Shown: piece after piece, positions 39,591-53,195 of the stretch
Position numbering within the stretch: the first letter of the stretch is position 1
How the letters are laid out: each line of letters opens with the position of its first letter
NCBI GenBank assembly: GCA_964016885.1
Contig: OZ024740.1
Coordinates: 291,524,001-291,588,000 of the forward strand
DNA from: Eledone cirrhosa
Lineage: Eukaryota
Direction of reading: 5' to 3'
Length of the DNA stretch: 64,000 nucleotides
Made by a program: the position numbers and the translations under genes
The notes under the pieces: model-generated
What the model was told of the DNA's origin: nothing
What the model saw: only the letters and a program-made list of their open reading frames with translations
Databases searched by the model: none

Positions 39591-40552
39591 GTTGTACAAG
39601 ATATTTCAAGCAACAAAAAATAGACTAATTCAATAAACATCTTGTAATGATTCAGAAAATATCAAAAGTGGGATTGTTAATTCAAATGGTAATAGTATCT
39701 TTATTAATGGACAGATTATTGTGAAAATTTGCACTGAGCTAAAGAAATTTTAACACTTGAAACCAACCAGCCTGAAATCACTGAATTAATAATATAAAAG
39801 TGCTCATTTAAAAATGTTTATCCTTACATTAAATTATTCTATCATAATTTAATAAATCATTATTTAAGTTTTTGTTAAGTAAATATTTGATTTTTTTTTT
39901 TTCAAAATTAATTGAAACACAGGCAAAATATTTCATTAGAATATAGTAATGAAAGGATTAATGTGATGCAATCATAGTGCTGTTTTATACTTTTCAGAGT
40001 TAAAGCCAATTACACATAGGCAGCTATGAATCTGACCATTTAACTGACGTATCATTTAAGTGAGTATATCACCCTAATCTCATGATAATGAGAGTTTAAT
40101 ATATTACAAAACAATAAATATGGCAGTGAAACGGCAGTATTTGGATTAAATGCTTCGCAATATTTGTCCTTGATTCTTGTTCTGCTTTCTCTCTGAAAGT
40201 ATTGGTTGTGTTTAGGCCTGGAGAGAGAGAGATGGACTGCCTGGTTTAAAATGTTCAAGACACCACATTTCATAATGGTGCCCCTTCAACTACATAACAA
40301 AATTGAGGGCCCAAGTGAAGGAAAACATTGAGCTAACCACACAGCATAATTTTCATAATATTTAACGAAAAACTCAAGCTAATGTGTATGATTCAATGTC
40401 ACTGCACAGCACCTTCAAAAAATGTCTTTTGCCATACCCTCAAGATGACCAATACAGAGAGAGAGAAAGAGAGCGTATATATATATATATATACGGGGCC
40501 AGTTTTTATTTTAGTCACCCTGTGTGTGTGTGTATATATATATATATATAAC

Positions 40553-40770
40553 CGATGGGTGAAGAAGTGTCAGGAAGTCTCAGTGGAGGGAAGACGCAGT
40601 AGAGGTAGACCACGAAAAACATGGGTGGAGGTGGTAAGAGCAGACCTCAGATCGCTGAAACTCACAGAGATGACGAAGGACTGTGACGGGTGGAGAGATG
40701 CTGTGCTGAATAGGACCTGTCCAACCCTTGCAAGCAGGGAAAAGCGGACGTAAAATGATGATGATGATGA
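40553..40770 (+). mobile_element. Well-preserved RTE LINE 3' end (older copy at about 3210-3390)
   Basis: VEGRRSRGRPRKTWVEVVRADL...TLASREKRT* plus (GAT)n tail. Confidence 0.9.
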
Positions 40771-40772
40771 TA

Positions 40773-41640
40773 CAGGGTGACTAAAATAAAAACTGGCCCC
40801 ACACATGTTTTGTGTCACTGTATCTTCATTTTCTAATCAATCAACCTTAAATTTAAGGACATGGCAGATACGTCTGAGAAGACAAGACCCTAATGAGACC
40901 TCCAGCACTGGAGTTTCTATATGAATCACTAAGTGTGGCTCATACAAGTAGTGTTCAGGAGCAATTACATGCATTTTTGGGAACAGACGAATCTCCTTTT
41001 AAAATCAATATACAAATCTGGGTGAAGAAGTTTGAGATCTATGTAACTTGGGAGAACCTCAATACAATGTCTGAAGAACGCCATACTCACTCTGGACGAC
41101 CCAGGAAGTCATTGATATTGTCCAAGAGTCTGTCGAATAAATCCCAAAATAATTACAGTGCAGAAGCCAATCCTCGGGTCTCTCCACAGAAACTTGTAGA
41201 AGGTTGCCAAAGAGAATCTTAAGAAGTATCCCTATAGAATACAGACTAAACAAAAGCTTAAGGTAGTTGATAAGGCTAAGATAAAGACTATGGCTGAGAA
41301 AATGGAAAACAACCCAAATTTTCTGAATCGGCTGTGGACCTCTGATGAAGCCCACTTCGAGGGGAAGACCAACTCTAAGAACAATGTGTTCTGAGAGCTA
41401 TATGTACCAACTCAGCTGCCAATTTCTCAGAGAAGGTTGATTGGCCTATTCTTCAAAGAAAATGGTACAGTCACAAAAGGACATTATGTGGAGGTCTTGG
41501 AATACTTCAAAAAGGAGCTAGAGAGCATGTACCTCTCTCTCATGAATAAGTTCTGGTTCCAACAAGATGGGGGAAGCTCTCACACCAATCAGTTACGAGA
41601 ATGGCTGAAAAATAACTTTGGAAATTGCAAAGACATTATG
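40773..41640 (+). mobile_element. Decayed Tc1/mariner element (rosa/DD41D-like motifs), right end lost
   Basis: TA-cagggtgactaaaataaaaactggcccc terminus; WTSDEAHF (about 41335) and FWFQQDGGSSHT motifs. Confidence 0.7.
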
Positions 41641-41999
41641 CTAAATTTCACCATGTGTCTCAAAAATGCATGGATCTTCATATGTAACCTTGGTTGATTT
41701 GTGCTGTCTCTACACATGGAGAAGAGCATGCTCATTTCTATTTTCTCCTCAATCTGCCTTTCACAGAGAGAATTCTATTAATAGCAGAGGTAATAGTTCC
41801 TTCAACATTTTTTCACACTGTTCTTACTCTGGCTACTATGCTTTCAGAAAATCCATCCACTCCTTATACTTCTAATAAGTCATTTAAGTAACTAAAGCTA
41901 TCAACTATTTCTAGTGAGTCTTCCAAGCAATTGAAGTAATTTATTTTATGGAAGCTCTTGTTTACTACTCTGCATCTGATACATATGAAGCCTTTCTTT

Positions 42000-43860
42000 T
42001 GTTAGCCTCTTTATGATTCAACTGTACCTGATGTGCACCAATAGTTTATATTTGGTACACAGTTCTTACTACCTCCTTTTCTGCATACCAAGCATGGCTC
42101 TCCTGTCAAATAGAATGGTTATCTTTTCTAGATTTACTATGAGGACTTTTGATTCTATATCTGGAATGTTGTTTCTAAATCCTCAACAGATTCAGTTATA
42201 AGAACTAAGTCACCAACATACAAGAGTTCCCATGTACACTTGCTTATCATGGTTTGGAGAACTATAAGAAACAGGAACGAGCTGAGCACTGAACCTTTGT
42301 TCAACTTCTGCCTGCACACTAAATTTGTCACTAATTTGTTCCTAATCAATTGTGTTGTAATAACTCTCTCTGTGATCTCCATAACCTGACCCAACAATTT
42401 CATGCCTCTATAATTTCCTTTCTCTAGTGTATCTCCTTTTCCCTTGTAGCAGTTAATAATGATGCTGCTATGCCAGTCTCATTTTCATATCTTTAAGTGT
42501 ACTCACCGAGAAGCAGTAAGAATGGGATGATTCACAGCTTACAGTAGGCTGGGGTAATTAGTATAATTGTTTCTACTTTTGGCACAAGGCCAGCAATTAC
42601 CCAGTACGTTACTGGTACTTTATTTTATCGACTCTGTAAGGATGAAAGGCAAAGTTAACCTCGACGGAATTTGACCTCAGACCATAAAGGGCCATAACTG
42701 TTTGCTGCAAAGCATGGGGTAATTAGTATAATGGCAGTTGGTTGTACATGTCATAACAGAAGGCAGAGGTAAGAGGGTGACATCCACAGACTATATTACA
42801 ACTGGCAAAATATGTTTACCAAACTAAGGTTAATAAAAAGCAGATATTGCTTAGGGGGTATTATTAAATACATAATTTCTGGAAATTGGAAGTAGTGTGG
42901 GATTTTACCTATAACCATTATCAGAATCAGTCATCTTTGCCTGTTTGTAACAAAGAACATCAAAATCCAACACTCAGGCAGCTAGGAATAGCTGAATGAC
43001 TTGCAAGAGCTGTACAAGAGTGTAGTCAGCTAAGGATAGCTGAATGGCTTACGAGTTGTACAAGCCATGTACAGGAGTGTAGTCAGCAAAATGAAAGTTA
43101 ATGAGTACAGCAACGAATGTGATGCATGTTGGAGTCAACCAACAATCTGATCTCAACACCCCATCTCCCACCATGTTCATTATAGTCCATCAGGCTATAA
43201 CAGAAAAATTCAAGACTGGATGTCCATGGGAACTCTTGTATGCTAATGATCTAACAATCATAGCAGAAACTAAAGAACTAGAGCAGAAGTTTCAGACATG
43301 GAAACAAAATCTGGAATCACAGAGCCACAAAATAAACTTAGCAAAGACTAGTTTTAGTAGGTAGGAAAAAGAATAGGACTTTGATACCATCAAGTAAATG
43401 ACCATGCTCAATATGCTGAAAGGAGTTTGCAGAAACTCCATATGGTGTACCCAGTGTGAATAGTGGATGCACAAAAACCACAAGTAGGATGACTGAGAAG
43501 GTAGACTTCCTATGTAACATGTGCACAGAAGTAGTCAACAGTAAGAGTATTTGAGAAATAAACTCTTTCATATGCTTGGAAAGCTCACTAGAAAACCTCA
43601 TTAGCCGTGGAGGTGGGTGTACTGAAAGTGTTGTAGCCAGAGTGAAAAAGATTCCTCTCTTAGATTGAAGGATACATTATATGATGATTGTGTTTGAAAT
43701 TCATGGCAGGGAGATGTGGGGCCTTGGGTATAGATCTGTAATTACTAAAAAGAAATGAAGCATGCATGCTTTGTTGGCTATATAATGTTAGTGTGCAAGC
43801 TGAGCACAAGAGGAATTGACTGTAGCAGGCAAGAGAGATGATTGCATTTGTTATGTGATG
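42000..43860. mobile_element. RTE LINE fragments (minus 42000-42480; plus 42980-43860)
   Basis: GSVLSSFLFLIVLQ / WELLYVGDL and KFKTGCPWELLYANDL RT motifs. Confidence 0.75.
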
Positions 43861-46800
43861 CATAAAGAGAGTAAGAGTTGTATAAAAAAGGGACCAAGTA
43901 CTTGGTCTCACTCTTCCACAAGTTCCAGCCACTCCAAGGAAAACATGGCACGAATCTGAAGAATGACCCCAAGAAGGAGATGATATACAGAGTTGAGCTG
44001 ACTGACAATATGCCATATTACAAAATACCCATACACCAGTACAAGCATTGTGACAGTAGCAGTAAACATGGTGAGAGACCAAAGACTACAGTGTCGGTGA
44101 TCAATCAGAGACAATACAGAGTTTGCGAGGACTCTTCAGTCTGAATGGATAATGTGACAACAATAAAACACACTCAGACTACTCTCCAATGTGGTAGTGG
44201 TGGTGCCATGTACACACCCAGTACACACTATAAGGACATTAGGAAAGACATTCAGCTGTAGAAACCATGCCTAATATGGAATATATGAGCAAGATGAGGT
44301 TGCTCCGACCCATGACAACCCATCCAACATGAAAAGCGGACATAAAAAACAATGATGACACACACACCTCACAAAAGAGATAAGATCGTGCTGACTGACA
44401 ACTTTCTATACGAGAAAAGAGTCGTCCACCAGGGCAAGCACTACAACGCTAAAAGTAAATGAAACAAGGGATCAAAAACTACATAAAAGGGGAGAGGTCC
44501 CTTTCAACATGTCGTGGACGAGACAAATTCTCTAGTATTAATGCCACAATGGAATGCATTGAGCACTCTCTGTAAAGTTGTGGTGAACAGAGACAACATT
44601 GGGTAGAGAGGACTTCACTAGTGTTTGTGCCACAAAAAATGCACCCAGTACTCTAAAAAGGCAGGTGATTGAACAGAAACAATATTGTGGAGAGAGTGCT
44701 CTTCAGTCTTGCCAAGTACATGACAATCTCTTTTGTGTTGATGCGATAATAAAATACACCTTGTACACTCTGTAAAGTGGTAGTACTGGGGCCCACGATA
44801 AAATGCCTTCAATAGATAATTGTTTCTACTATTGGCACAAGGCCAGCAATTATCTCAGTACATTACTGGTACCTTATTTTATCAACCCTGTAAGGATGAA
44901 AGGCTAAGTTCACCTCGGCGGGATTTGAACTCAGAATGGCAAGGGCCGTAACTATGCGTCACGGCATGGCGTCCGACATCCAGTTGTAAAAACTATGCCA
45001 AAATATGGAATATTTGAGCAAGATATTCTCCAACCCATCTAGTCTCAGATCATGCAGTGTCCATTTCCTGCTAGCATGGAAAGGAAACTAAATAATAACA
45101 GTCAATGGAACAATTCACAGGATATAAACAAAAAGAACTGCTTAAGCATGCATTGTAAAAATAAATTGACATGCCAGTAACACACATACAAAATCCACAA
45201 CAACCACCTTGTTACAATTTGAAGAAATTGAATATTAATTATTCCATCCCTAAAACAACAGGTTCACCATCATCACTATTTAACATCCACTTTCCCTGCT
45301 AGCAAGGGTTGGACAAGTCTTCACAGACCAAGACGGTACTGAATCGGCGCTACTGACCCCCCAGTTAGGTTTGGAGGCTGCATCTTGCTTACATTCAACC
45401 AAGTGCACAAGAGAAGTTGTCATGCCTTTGACAAAACTGAAGGGTCCTCCCAACCCTTTGTTTGGCAAGCTTTCTACAAGGCCAGTAATTTTGGAAGAGG
45501 GGAAAGTTGATTAAATCAACCAAATACTTGATTGGTACATTATTTTATCAATTCTAGAAGGATGAAAGGCAAAGTTGACATCAGCAGGATTTGAATTCAA
45601 CTACAGGGCTAAAACTAAATGCTGCAATGCATTTTCTGATACTAAGGATTCTGTCAATCCATTGTGCTAGCAATAATAATTCTAACATTGACACAAGCAA
45701 TTCATTTGGGGAAAAAAGGAAAGTCAATTATATCGACCCCAGTACTTAAATGATACTTTATTTTATCAACCTTGGAGGGTGAAAGGCAAAGTTAACCTCA
45801 GTGGGATATGCTGCTAAGCATTTGTTCAACACTCTAAAGACACTGCCTAAGGATATGCTTATCTTAATTTGTCTATCCATAACACATCTTTCTGTATCTT
45901 TACATTTGATGGAGCTATTTCATATATATATATTTTTTTTTTTTCCTGCAGATATGTTACATCAGTCCTGGTTATGTAATATTTGTAATTGTTAGAAATA
46001 TTGCACAACATCTGTGAGTAACACTTGCTGATGCAACTGTTGTGCACAGAATATGGTACTGAAACTGTACGATTCTAGTCTTAATTGCACCCACACTAAA
46101 CCGTTTGACTAATTATCATAGTGTTCACTCTGGTTTGCAAATTCATATTTACAACATATGATTTTTGTAAATCCATTGAGTGGGTAGATAACAGCCAAGC
46201 TAGACAGATTGTAAATGGATAGCTGCATTAAACTTTAACTATGTGAAGACTGTAAATGATGAAATGACAGTTCTTTGCATAAAATACTTTGTAATATTTG
46301 TTCTGCACTCTCTGGTCAATTACCATCTAAATGCAATGAACCAATAACTGCTATGTTGGAAACTTGTAACAAACAATGCTATTATTCAACCAATTGTGAT
46401 ATAAAATATGTATTCTTATTTATTTTATTAATGCCATGTAACAAAAAAGTCTATTTTGTTTGAAATTCCTTTTTGTATGTTTTTTATTAGATAACATTAT
46501 CATCAACCATCTTTTGTAGGGTACCACCATGAAGATCACATTTTCTATAAATAGTTAGAAAGTTCCTGTAAGAATCCTTGTAGCTACTTCAATCTTTTTC
46601 TCATTTTTTCCCTACTATTTAAGCTCAAGTTACATATTCAGTAGACAATTTTCAGATATATCTGTAGAAAATCATTAATTCAACATCTTCCAGTGCTAAA
46701 GAAAATTAAATTTGCTATAAAAACCTAAATCTGACTTCAAATCTACTTTAAATATCAAACAGCCTCAATACAACCACACAATTGGAAGAAATATTAATAT

Positions 46801-49800
46801 TTAGTGAACAAGTTAACAAATATAAGCAATAAGAAATATTCTCTACAAATCTGCATTGCCTAGTGGTTAGGATGTTGAACTCAATCATAAGGTTGTGGTT
46901 TCAATTCCTGGCACTTCATTTCATGTTGCTTTTCATAATTAAGTTATGCTCCCTATCATTAAAACACCCAAGAAACCTATGAAATGTAACCTCATTGGAG
47001 GCCAGCTAAACCTATATAAGTATAAGTTGTAACAACATATGTATATATATATGATAGAACGTTTCCTATTGTTAAAACACCTGAGAAATCTCTTCTGAAA
47101 TGCAACCTCAGAAAGCCAACATAGGTGAGATTTGTATATTTCAAATTTTTTTTTAAATGTGCTTGTTATTTGTTAACCCTTTAACATTTACATTACTCTA
47201 TATTTACTATTCTATTCTCACGGTAAATGATTTACCTACATAATTATCTTACATAATAACAAATATATGAGTATGATATTATTTATTTTGAGAACAATAC
47301 CTTAACATAAGTATGAGTAGCTGTTTAGGGCTGGTTTAAACAGAACGAAGTGAGAGTTCTGGCCAGATATGGCCATTTAAATGCTAAAGGGTTAAATGCG
47401 TTTTCACTAACTATTATATGCACAGATATCTAAAAGCTATTCTATTACTATGTATTTACACATGTGGATATATAATCTTGTGAATGTTTTCATGTAACCT
47501 GATCCAGTAATATGACCTGTTGAACTAGAGCTGGGTCAAATTAGCAGGATGTCTTGGTAACAAAGTAAATGAAATATATATATATGCTGCTTAAAAAAAA
47601 ATTGAACATGTTAGTTGAGATTTCGGAACAGATGCTCAAATAATAAAAACAAAAACAGTGGTACCTAATTGTTTTGCTGGCTGATGGTAGTGAGGTGCAC
47701 AATATTTAAATGTCTTTATTCCAGCAGTAAATTCTCCATTAATCACTACCAATCAAAACTTTCTTATCCTATTCACTATGACTAAGAGTATTTCAATGCC
47801 AATATTTTAATTAATGACATACACAACTATAGATAGAACAGTCAACACAAATATCTAGTTGACAATGAACAGTGGTAAGTGTAATAATGAGTAATGCTAT
47901 TGTCTATTTCAGGAACTTGGTTAAATTAAACAATTCAACAATAGGAAAGGAACTCACTCAACCCTTTCATCAAGTCTTCCTTCAAAGATATTTTCATTTT
48001 TATCTTTAACTTAAACAAGTTGAAAATTAATATTGATCACAATGTCAATACACGGTGAACTCCATTGCTATTTTGTATTATTTTTCCCTATCATGTGAGA
48101 TGGTGGATGCATAAACTTAGACATACTGATTAAATAACGTGTTACTGAAATCCTTCCTAATGCCAACTATTACATAAATACTAATCACTTAAAAATGGAG
48201 TTAGCTTTGCTTAAAGATTTAATACATTTGTCTTCATAATGCAAACATAGACCAAGAATGTTGACCTATAACTGCCTGAGAGATATAGATGTAACATCAT
48301 TATCATTTAATGTCCATTTTCCCTACTAGCAAGGGTTGGGCGAGTCAACATAGACCAAGTCAATACTGAAGCGGGGCCACTGACATGCCAGACAGGTCAA
48401 GAAGGCTTGTATCCTGCTTACATACAGTCATTATTGAGTGCAAAGGCAAAGTTGTCGTCTTTTAACACAATCTGAAGGATCCTCTTAACCCCTCGTTTGG
48501 CAAGCTTTCTACAGCTGGATGGCCTTCCTAACACCAACCACTTCATAGTGTACTGGGCCCTTTTATTGTGTAGATCACCAGCACTAAGGAGGGTGTCGTG
48601 TCCTTGACATAACTAAAGGATCTTATCCCTTTGTCTGGCAAGCTTTCTATGGCTGGATGCCCTTCCTGCATGTTAACAGCAATATTGTAGCTATTTGAAT
48701 TAAATCTGACATCTTTAAGTATATAAAACATAAAATAATACATTCCAGTGTTAACTTTAGATGTAAATTAGTTATATAGATCTCTGATCTTGTCTATAGA
48801 CAGAAGAATTATCTTAATGAACTTGCTACAAGTCAGGCCAAACAGTAGGCAACATAGTAATAGGAAGGAAAGTGGAAATGTAGTGAACAACACATACCCA
48901 GAGGCTTTAATGCCCAACAGCTGAGCTCTTGCCATGTCGATGGTAAAACTGGGTTATGTAGTCCAAGGTCAAGTCTGACCAGTCTGACAGTTGACTGAAT
49001 GATCAAAAGCAATCCACTGCACTTGGTGGTGTACATCCAAGCAATGTTTGGGGCTGTGAGGCTATGTTGCAACCAATTATGTGTTTATGTAGTTTTTATG
49101 CTAATCTGGGCTGAGTGGAAGACTGGTTTTTTTTTTAGGATGCTGTAAGATTGCTCTGAAATGTGCCTGTGTGTTTGAAGGTAGTTTTTCATGTAGTGAC
49201 AGGGGCAGTGGAAGAGAGTGGAACTTGCAGTGGCAATAAGCCATGCTCCGTCATGTCTAGTTTTTCATCTTTAGTATATTATTTGCATAGATGGACTGTG
49301 CACAATGCACTATTTTATGTTCTTTGTGGTTTACCAAGAGCCTAGATAGAACTAACAGTCCTTAATGGGTCTAATGTATACTTGGCCAAATGTGATAAAT
49401 ATGATTGCTCTATGTTTATACATCATTTTACGTCTTTACTATGTTTTCTCTGTATTCTGATATATTTTGCTAGTCAGGATTTTTGAAGCTGTTGAGCATT
49501 TCTTGTGATTTGGAAGAAAATGTGTGAAAATGTCAATGATTAGTCGATCAAGAATATTTGAGGATGTACATAGGAAAATGATAGGTCTGTATGAATTTAT
49601 TTCACTTGAGGTTTTGTTTGTTTTATAAGTTTGCTCATCTTCCAAAGAGGTGCTAACTCCAGTTACTGACATAGCAGAAGCATCATTAACTATTACAAAA
49701 GGAGACACCCCAAAAAATGTAAATTGCAGCTAATAGAAGAGGAAGTTAATTTGAATACAATGCAGGTGCCTTTTTTCAGAGGATTTCTTAGCCCCAAAAA

Positions 49801-50280
49801 AACATCAAATTCACATAACATTTGTTGACCTAATTAAGCTTTTGAATACAGTCCACATTATGTAGTACTGTGGGCAATGAGGAAACTAGGTGTGGTTAAA
49901 TAAATTACTTGTGTTTGTATTTCTGATTATGTCTGAGCAAACTATAGCAATATTAGGATAGGCAGTGTATTCAGTTTACACATCGATGTCCACAAGGGTT
50001 GCATCTTCAACATTTTTTTTCATTCCACTTGAGACAACCCCACAAAAAGTTCTATATCAGTTGCTCATGGAACTCTATACTAATGATCTGCTTTGCAAAA
50101 TTTGCTTAACTGTAAAAGCTTGAAACTAAAAAAAGGTAAAATGTTAATGTGGAAAAATCTAAACTGTTAAATAACAGAGCACACACCTTGTTCAATATGC
50201 AGAAAGTGGGTAGGAACTCAATACTGGGTACTTAGAGCAAACAGTACACAAAAGATACAATTTCTTGTAGTCTGACAAGA

Positions 50281-50470
50281 AATAATTGTTTCTACTTTTG
50301 GCACAAGGCCAGCAATTACCCAGTGCATTACTGGTACTTTATTTTATCGACCCCGTAAGGATGAAAGGCAAAGTCAACCTCGGCGGGATTTGAACTCAGA
50401 TCGTAAAGGGACGTAACTATGCTGGAAAGCATGGCGTCCGACCCTCTACCGATACTGCCAAACGACCGCC
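50281..50470 (-). mobile_element. tRNA-derived SINE with Meta-like central domain (other copies about 6995-7200, 17012-17115, 21705-21920, 23905-24090, 42562-42715, 44815-44975, 45470-45850, 58562-58690)
   Basis: Minus strand: A box tggcagtatcgg, B box gttcaaatcc, tttgcctttcatccttacggggtcgataaaataaagtaccag, tail gtagaaacaattatt. The Meta-domain assignment is from memory. Confidence 0.8.
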
Positions 50471-51256
50471 CTGACAAGAAATAATATGCATAAAATACAC
50501 AAGTCAGTAACAATTTTACAATGAGGGCCATGGAATGCCCAAATAGCTTTCTAAGGTGCCATGGTTAAATCTTGTTTCTAAAAAATAAGTACTAGGGATG
50601 TATAGTCACTGAAATAACATGAAGACTAGAAGTTTGGAGAATTGTTACTCTTGTTAAAATCAGCATGGCCAAAGAATGTGATCAAACAGAATAACAACTT
50701 AGTATATCATAGACAACAAAGATAAAATAAGTTAGCAATGGAGTCTATGTGGTTTACCAGCCAGCTAGAAATAGCAAACAAGTCTCTTAACTCACTCCTT
50801 AATGTCAGATGCTTACTTGCTTTTGCCACAGTTGCTTGAGTTGGAGCCACCATCATAGTGGGAAATTGAAGACAGCTGTAAGACATCAAATCAAATATAC
50901 TGATCACCTGTAGAGATTTTACTGTCTTTCCTGGTGGAATGCAAACTAATTTCAGATGTGAAATGGCAAGTGACAGCAGTTAGTAATGTAGGTTTACTTA
51001 AAGAAGCTGGTTAAGCCTGCACAGTGAATGCTGTTGTAAGTACATATTTTCTTTTTCTGTGCAAATATATGTAAAAACAATGTTATACAGGGGGAATAGA
51101 ACAACAGAAGGCCTACAACCCATAGAGTTTAGTTCATTGGATGTATTATGTTAATTCAGAAATAGACTAAATTGAAAACATGACACTGTGCATTGATCAA
51201 TATGTTGAGAAAAAATGAATGCATTATTTTGTGATAAAAATGAATACCCATGGTAG

Positions 51257-51360
51257 AAAATAATGTCACAGTCGAGATGACACGGAACCGAAATAAAGTC
51301 ATAGTCGAGGTGACACGGGGTCAAAATAATGTCACAGTCGAGATGACACGAGACCAAAAT
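51257..51360. repeat. 33-bp tandem repeat x3
   Basis: gtcgag at 51271, 51304 and 51337; unit aaataatgtcacagtcgagatgacacg.... Confidence 0.85.
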
Positions 51361-52804
51361 AGACAGTGATTGCTGTATTGCACTCCAAACACATGCTAGC
51401 ACAAGACAAACGTTAAAATGACATCACAAACAGCTGAATTATTATGAATATGGAATGAAAATGATAAATGCTAGATGAGAAATTAGTGGGGATGCTACGT
51501 CAAAAGACATAGGAAGTGGTTAAGATTGAGACACAAGCCAAGCCAGTGATAGCACTAAAATAATAATATATAAATCTAATATACACTTGAAGTATACTTT
51601 TTATAGACTAACTAAATATACAATGTATTACTCAAAGAGAATCTTTTATCTGTATAGGTGTTGTATGAAGAACTAGAAAAGGAATAAACAGTTCTAAAAA
51701 AACAATTAAGGAAATAATCTGAGTACTACAGTGGGAATCAGTTATATTGATCCTTACGGAATGGAAAAAAGCTCCAAATTATGGATTCTGGAAGAGATAG
51801 CTGTTACACAATCAAGAAAGTGCTTTTAGCTGAAACATTTGAAATGCACATTTGGTAAAATATTGTAACTCTTACTGCCAGACCTAGCAGGGAATTCATC
51901 ATTACAGGTTTATTGAGACAAATAAGTTAAACTGTTTACTAAGAGAACTATTTACTATTTCAAGATGTTACCAATCTAAAGGTGAACAGTCCAAAGTAGA
52001 ATCAGCTGTTATAATACTATAAACAATGCTATAAGCTTTAGTCAAGGAAGATACAAAACCTATTCACAACCAATTCTTATATCTTCTACTGTATTTTAAA
52101 CAACGTTTTCTAGTTGGAACACAAAAGTACAATTATAAACACATTTCACCTAATAGAGGAATAAAACTTATTAGTTTTAATTTGTTTCTTCGATCAAATT
52201 TGATAGCTTATTTTTTTTCTCCCTAATTCAGATTAAATAAATAAAATATTTGACGATATAAACATATATTTACAAAATGAAACATCTATAATTATAAAAA
52301 TCACAACGAAAAGAGTTAATTGAAATATTGTGCTTATATAATGCGATTTCCAAGTTTTTAAAAATCTTACTTTTTTATGGCTTATGGTTATATTGTAAGG
52401 AATAGTACCAATATTAATAGCACAGATGTTAAGAGATAAAGCTACGAAAACATATTGGGTACTCTACTCTGTAACCAACATATGGCAATAATGGAACCCT
52501 AAGAACTAAATCTGGCAAAAACGGTTATGTCAATTGAGTAATTAGCTTCAAAGTTTAATCCATTAAATAATGAGTAGATTGGGGGGGGGGGGGTATTTCG
52601 TGTAAAAAATAATATTTAAAAAAAAGAAAAACCTTTTCATTAGATTAATTTGAAGACATAATTATGAAGAGTTGATTTCTGAAATATTTCTATCTATATA
52701 AAGTTATTCGTTGTGTCACCCGCCATAATAGTCAATGAGAAATTAGTAGTTTCACCACCTTCATAAAACCAGTGAACTGTTACAAATGATCTGTTTGTAT
52801 CAAA

Positions 52805-52970
52805 CTTACCGATGTTGTTAACAGTGTCAACTTAACAGAAAGGTGTCAACCAGATGAGTCATAAAAACTATTCTTTCTATATTTCTTTTTTCCTGGGGGA
52901 GTATAATAATCGCTAAAAGGAATTCCAATCATAGATTGAGATATAAGCCGTTCAGTTTCAGTGTCAACTA
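52805..52970 (-). promoter_or_regulatory. Candidate alternative first or 5'UTR exon
   Basis: TCG|GTAAGT donor at 52809 in a CpG-retaining region; three GTTGACAC motifs (about 52824, 52843, 52961). Confidence 0.3.
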
Positions 52971-53125
52971 AAAATTAATGTTTAATCATCTAAACTAGTT
53001 ATTCTAAAACAAATGAATAAGTGGTACTGTGTGAAAATTATTCACGAGTTACGGTGAAAAGAAACTCCATTAATTCAAACAGGATGTTTCATGTAAGAGA
53101 ATGCGGTCATGTTGCTGGTGGTACT

Positions 53126-53136
53126 GTGTGTGTGTG

Positions 53137-53194
<58 letters not shown>
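53126..53194. repeat. (TG)n(TA)n microsatellite (other (TA)n tracts at about 7315, 14306, 24726, 61000)
   Basis: Direct reading. Confidence 0.95.

Positions 53195-53195
<1 letters not shown>

Noticed and set aside
43878-44144. Possible Gypsy pol fragment (YRVELTDNMPYYK)
   Set aside because: Only a faint resemblance; no RT motifs or LTRs.
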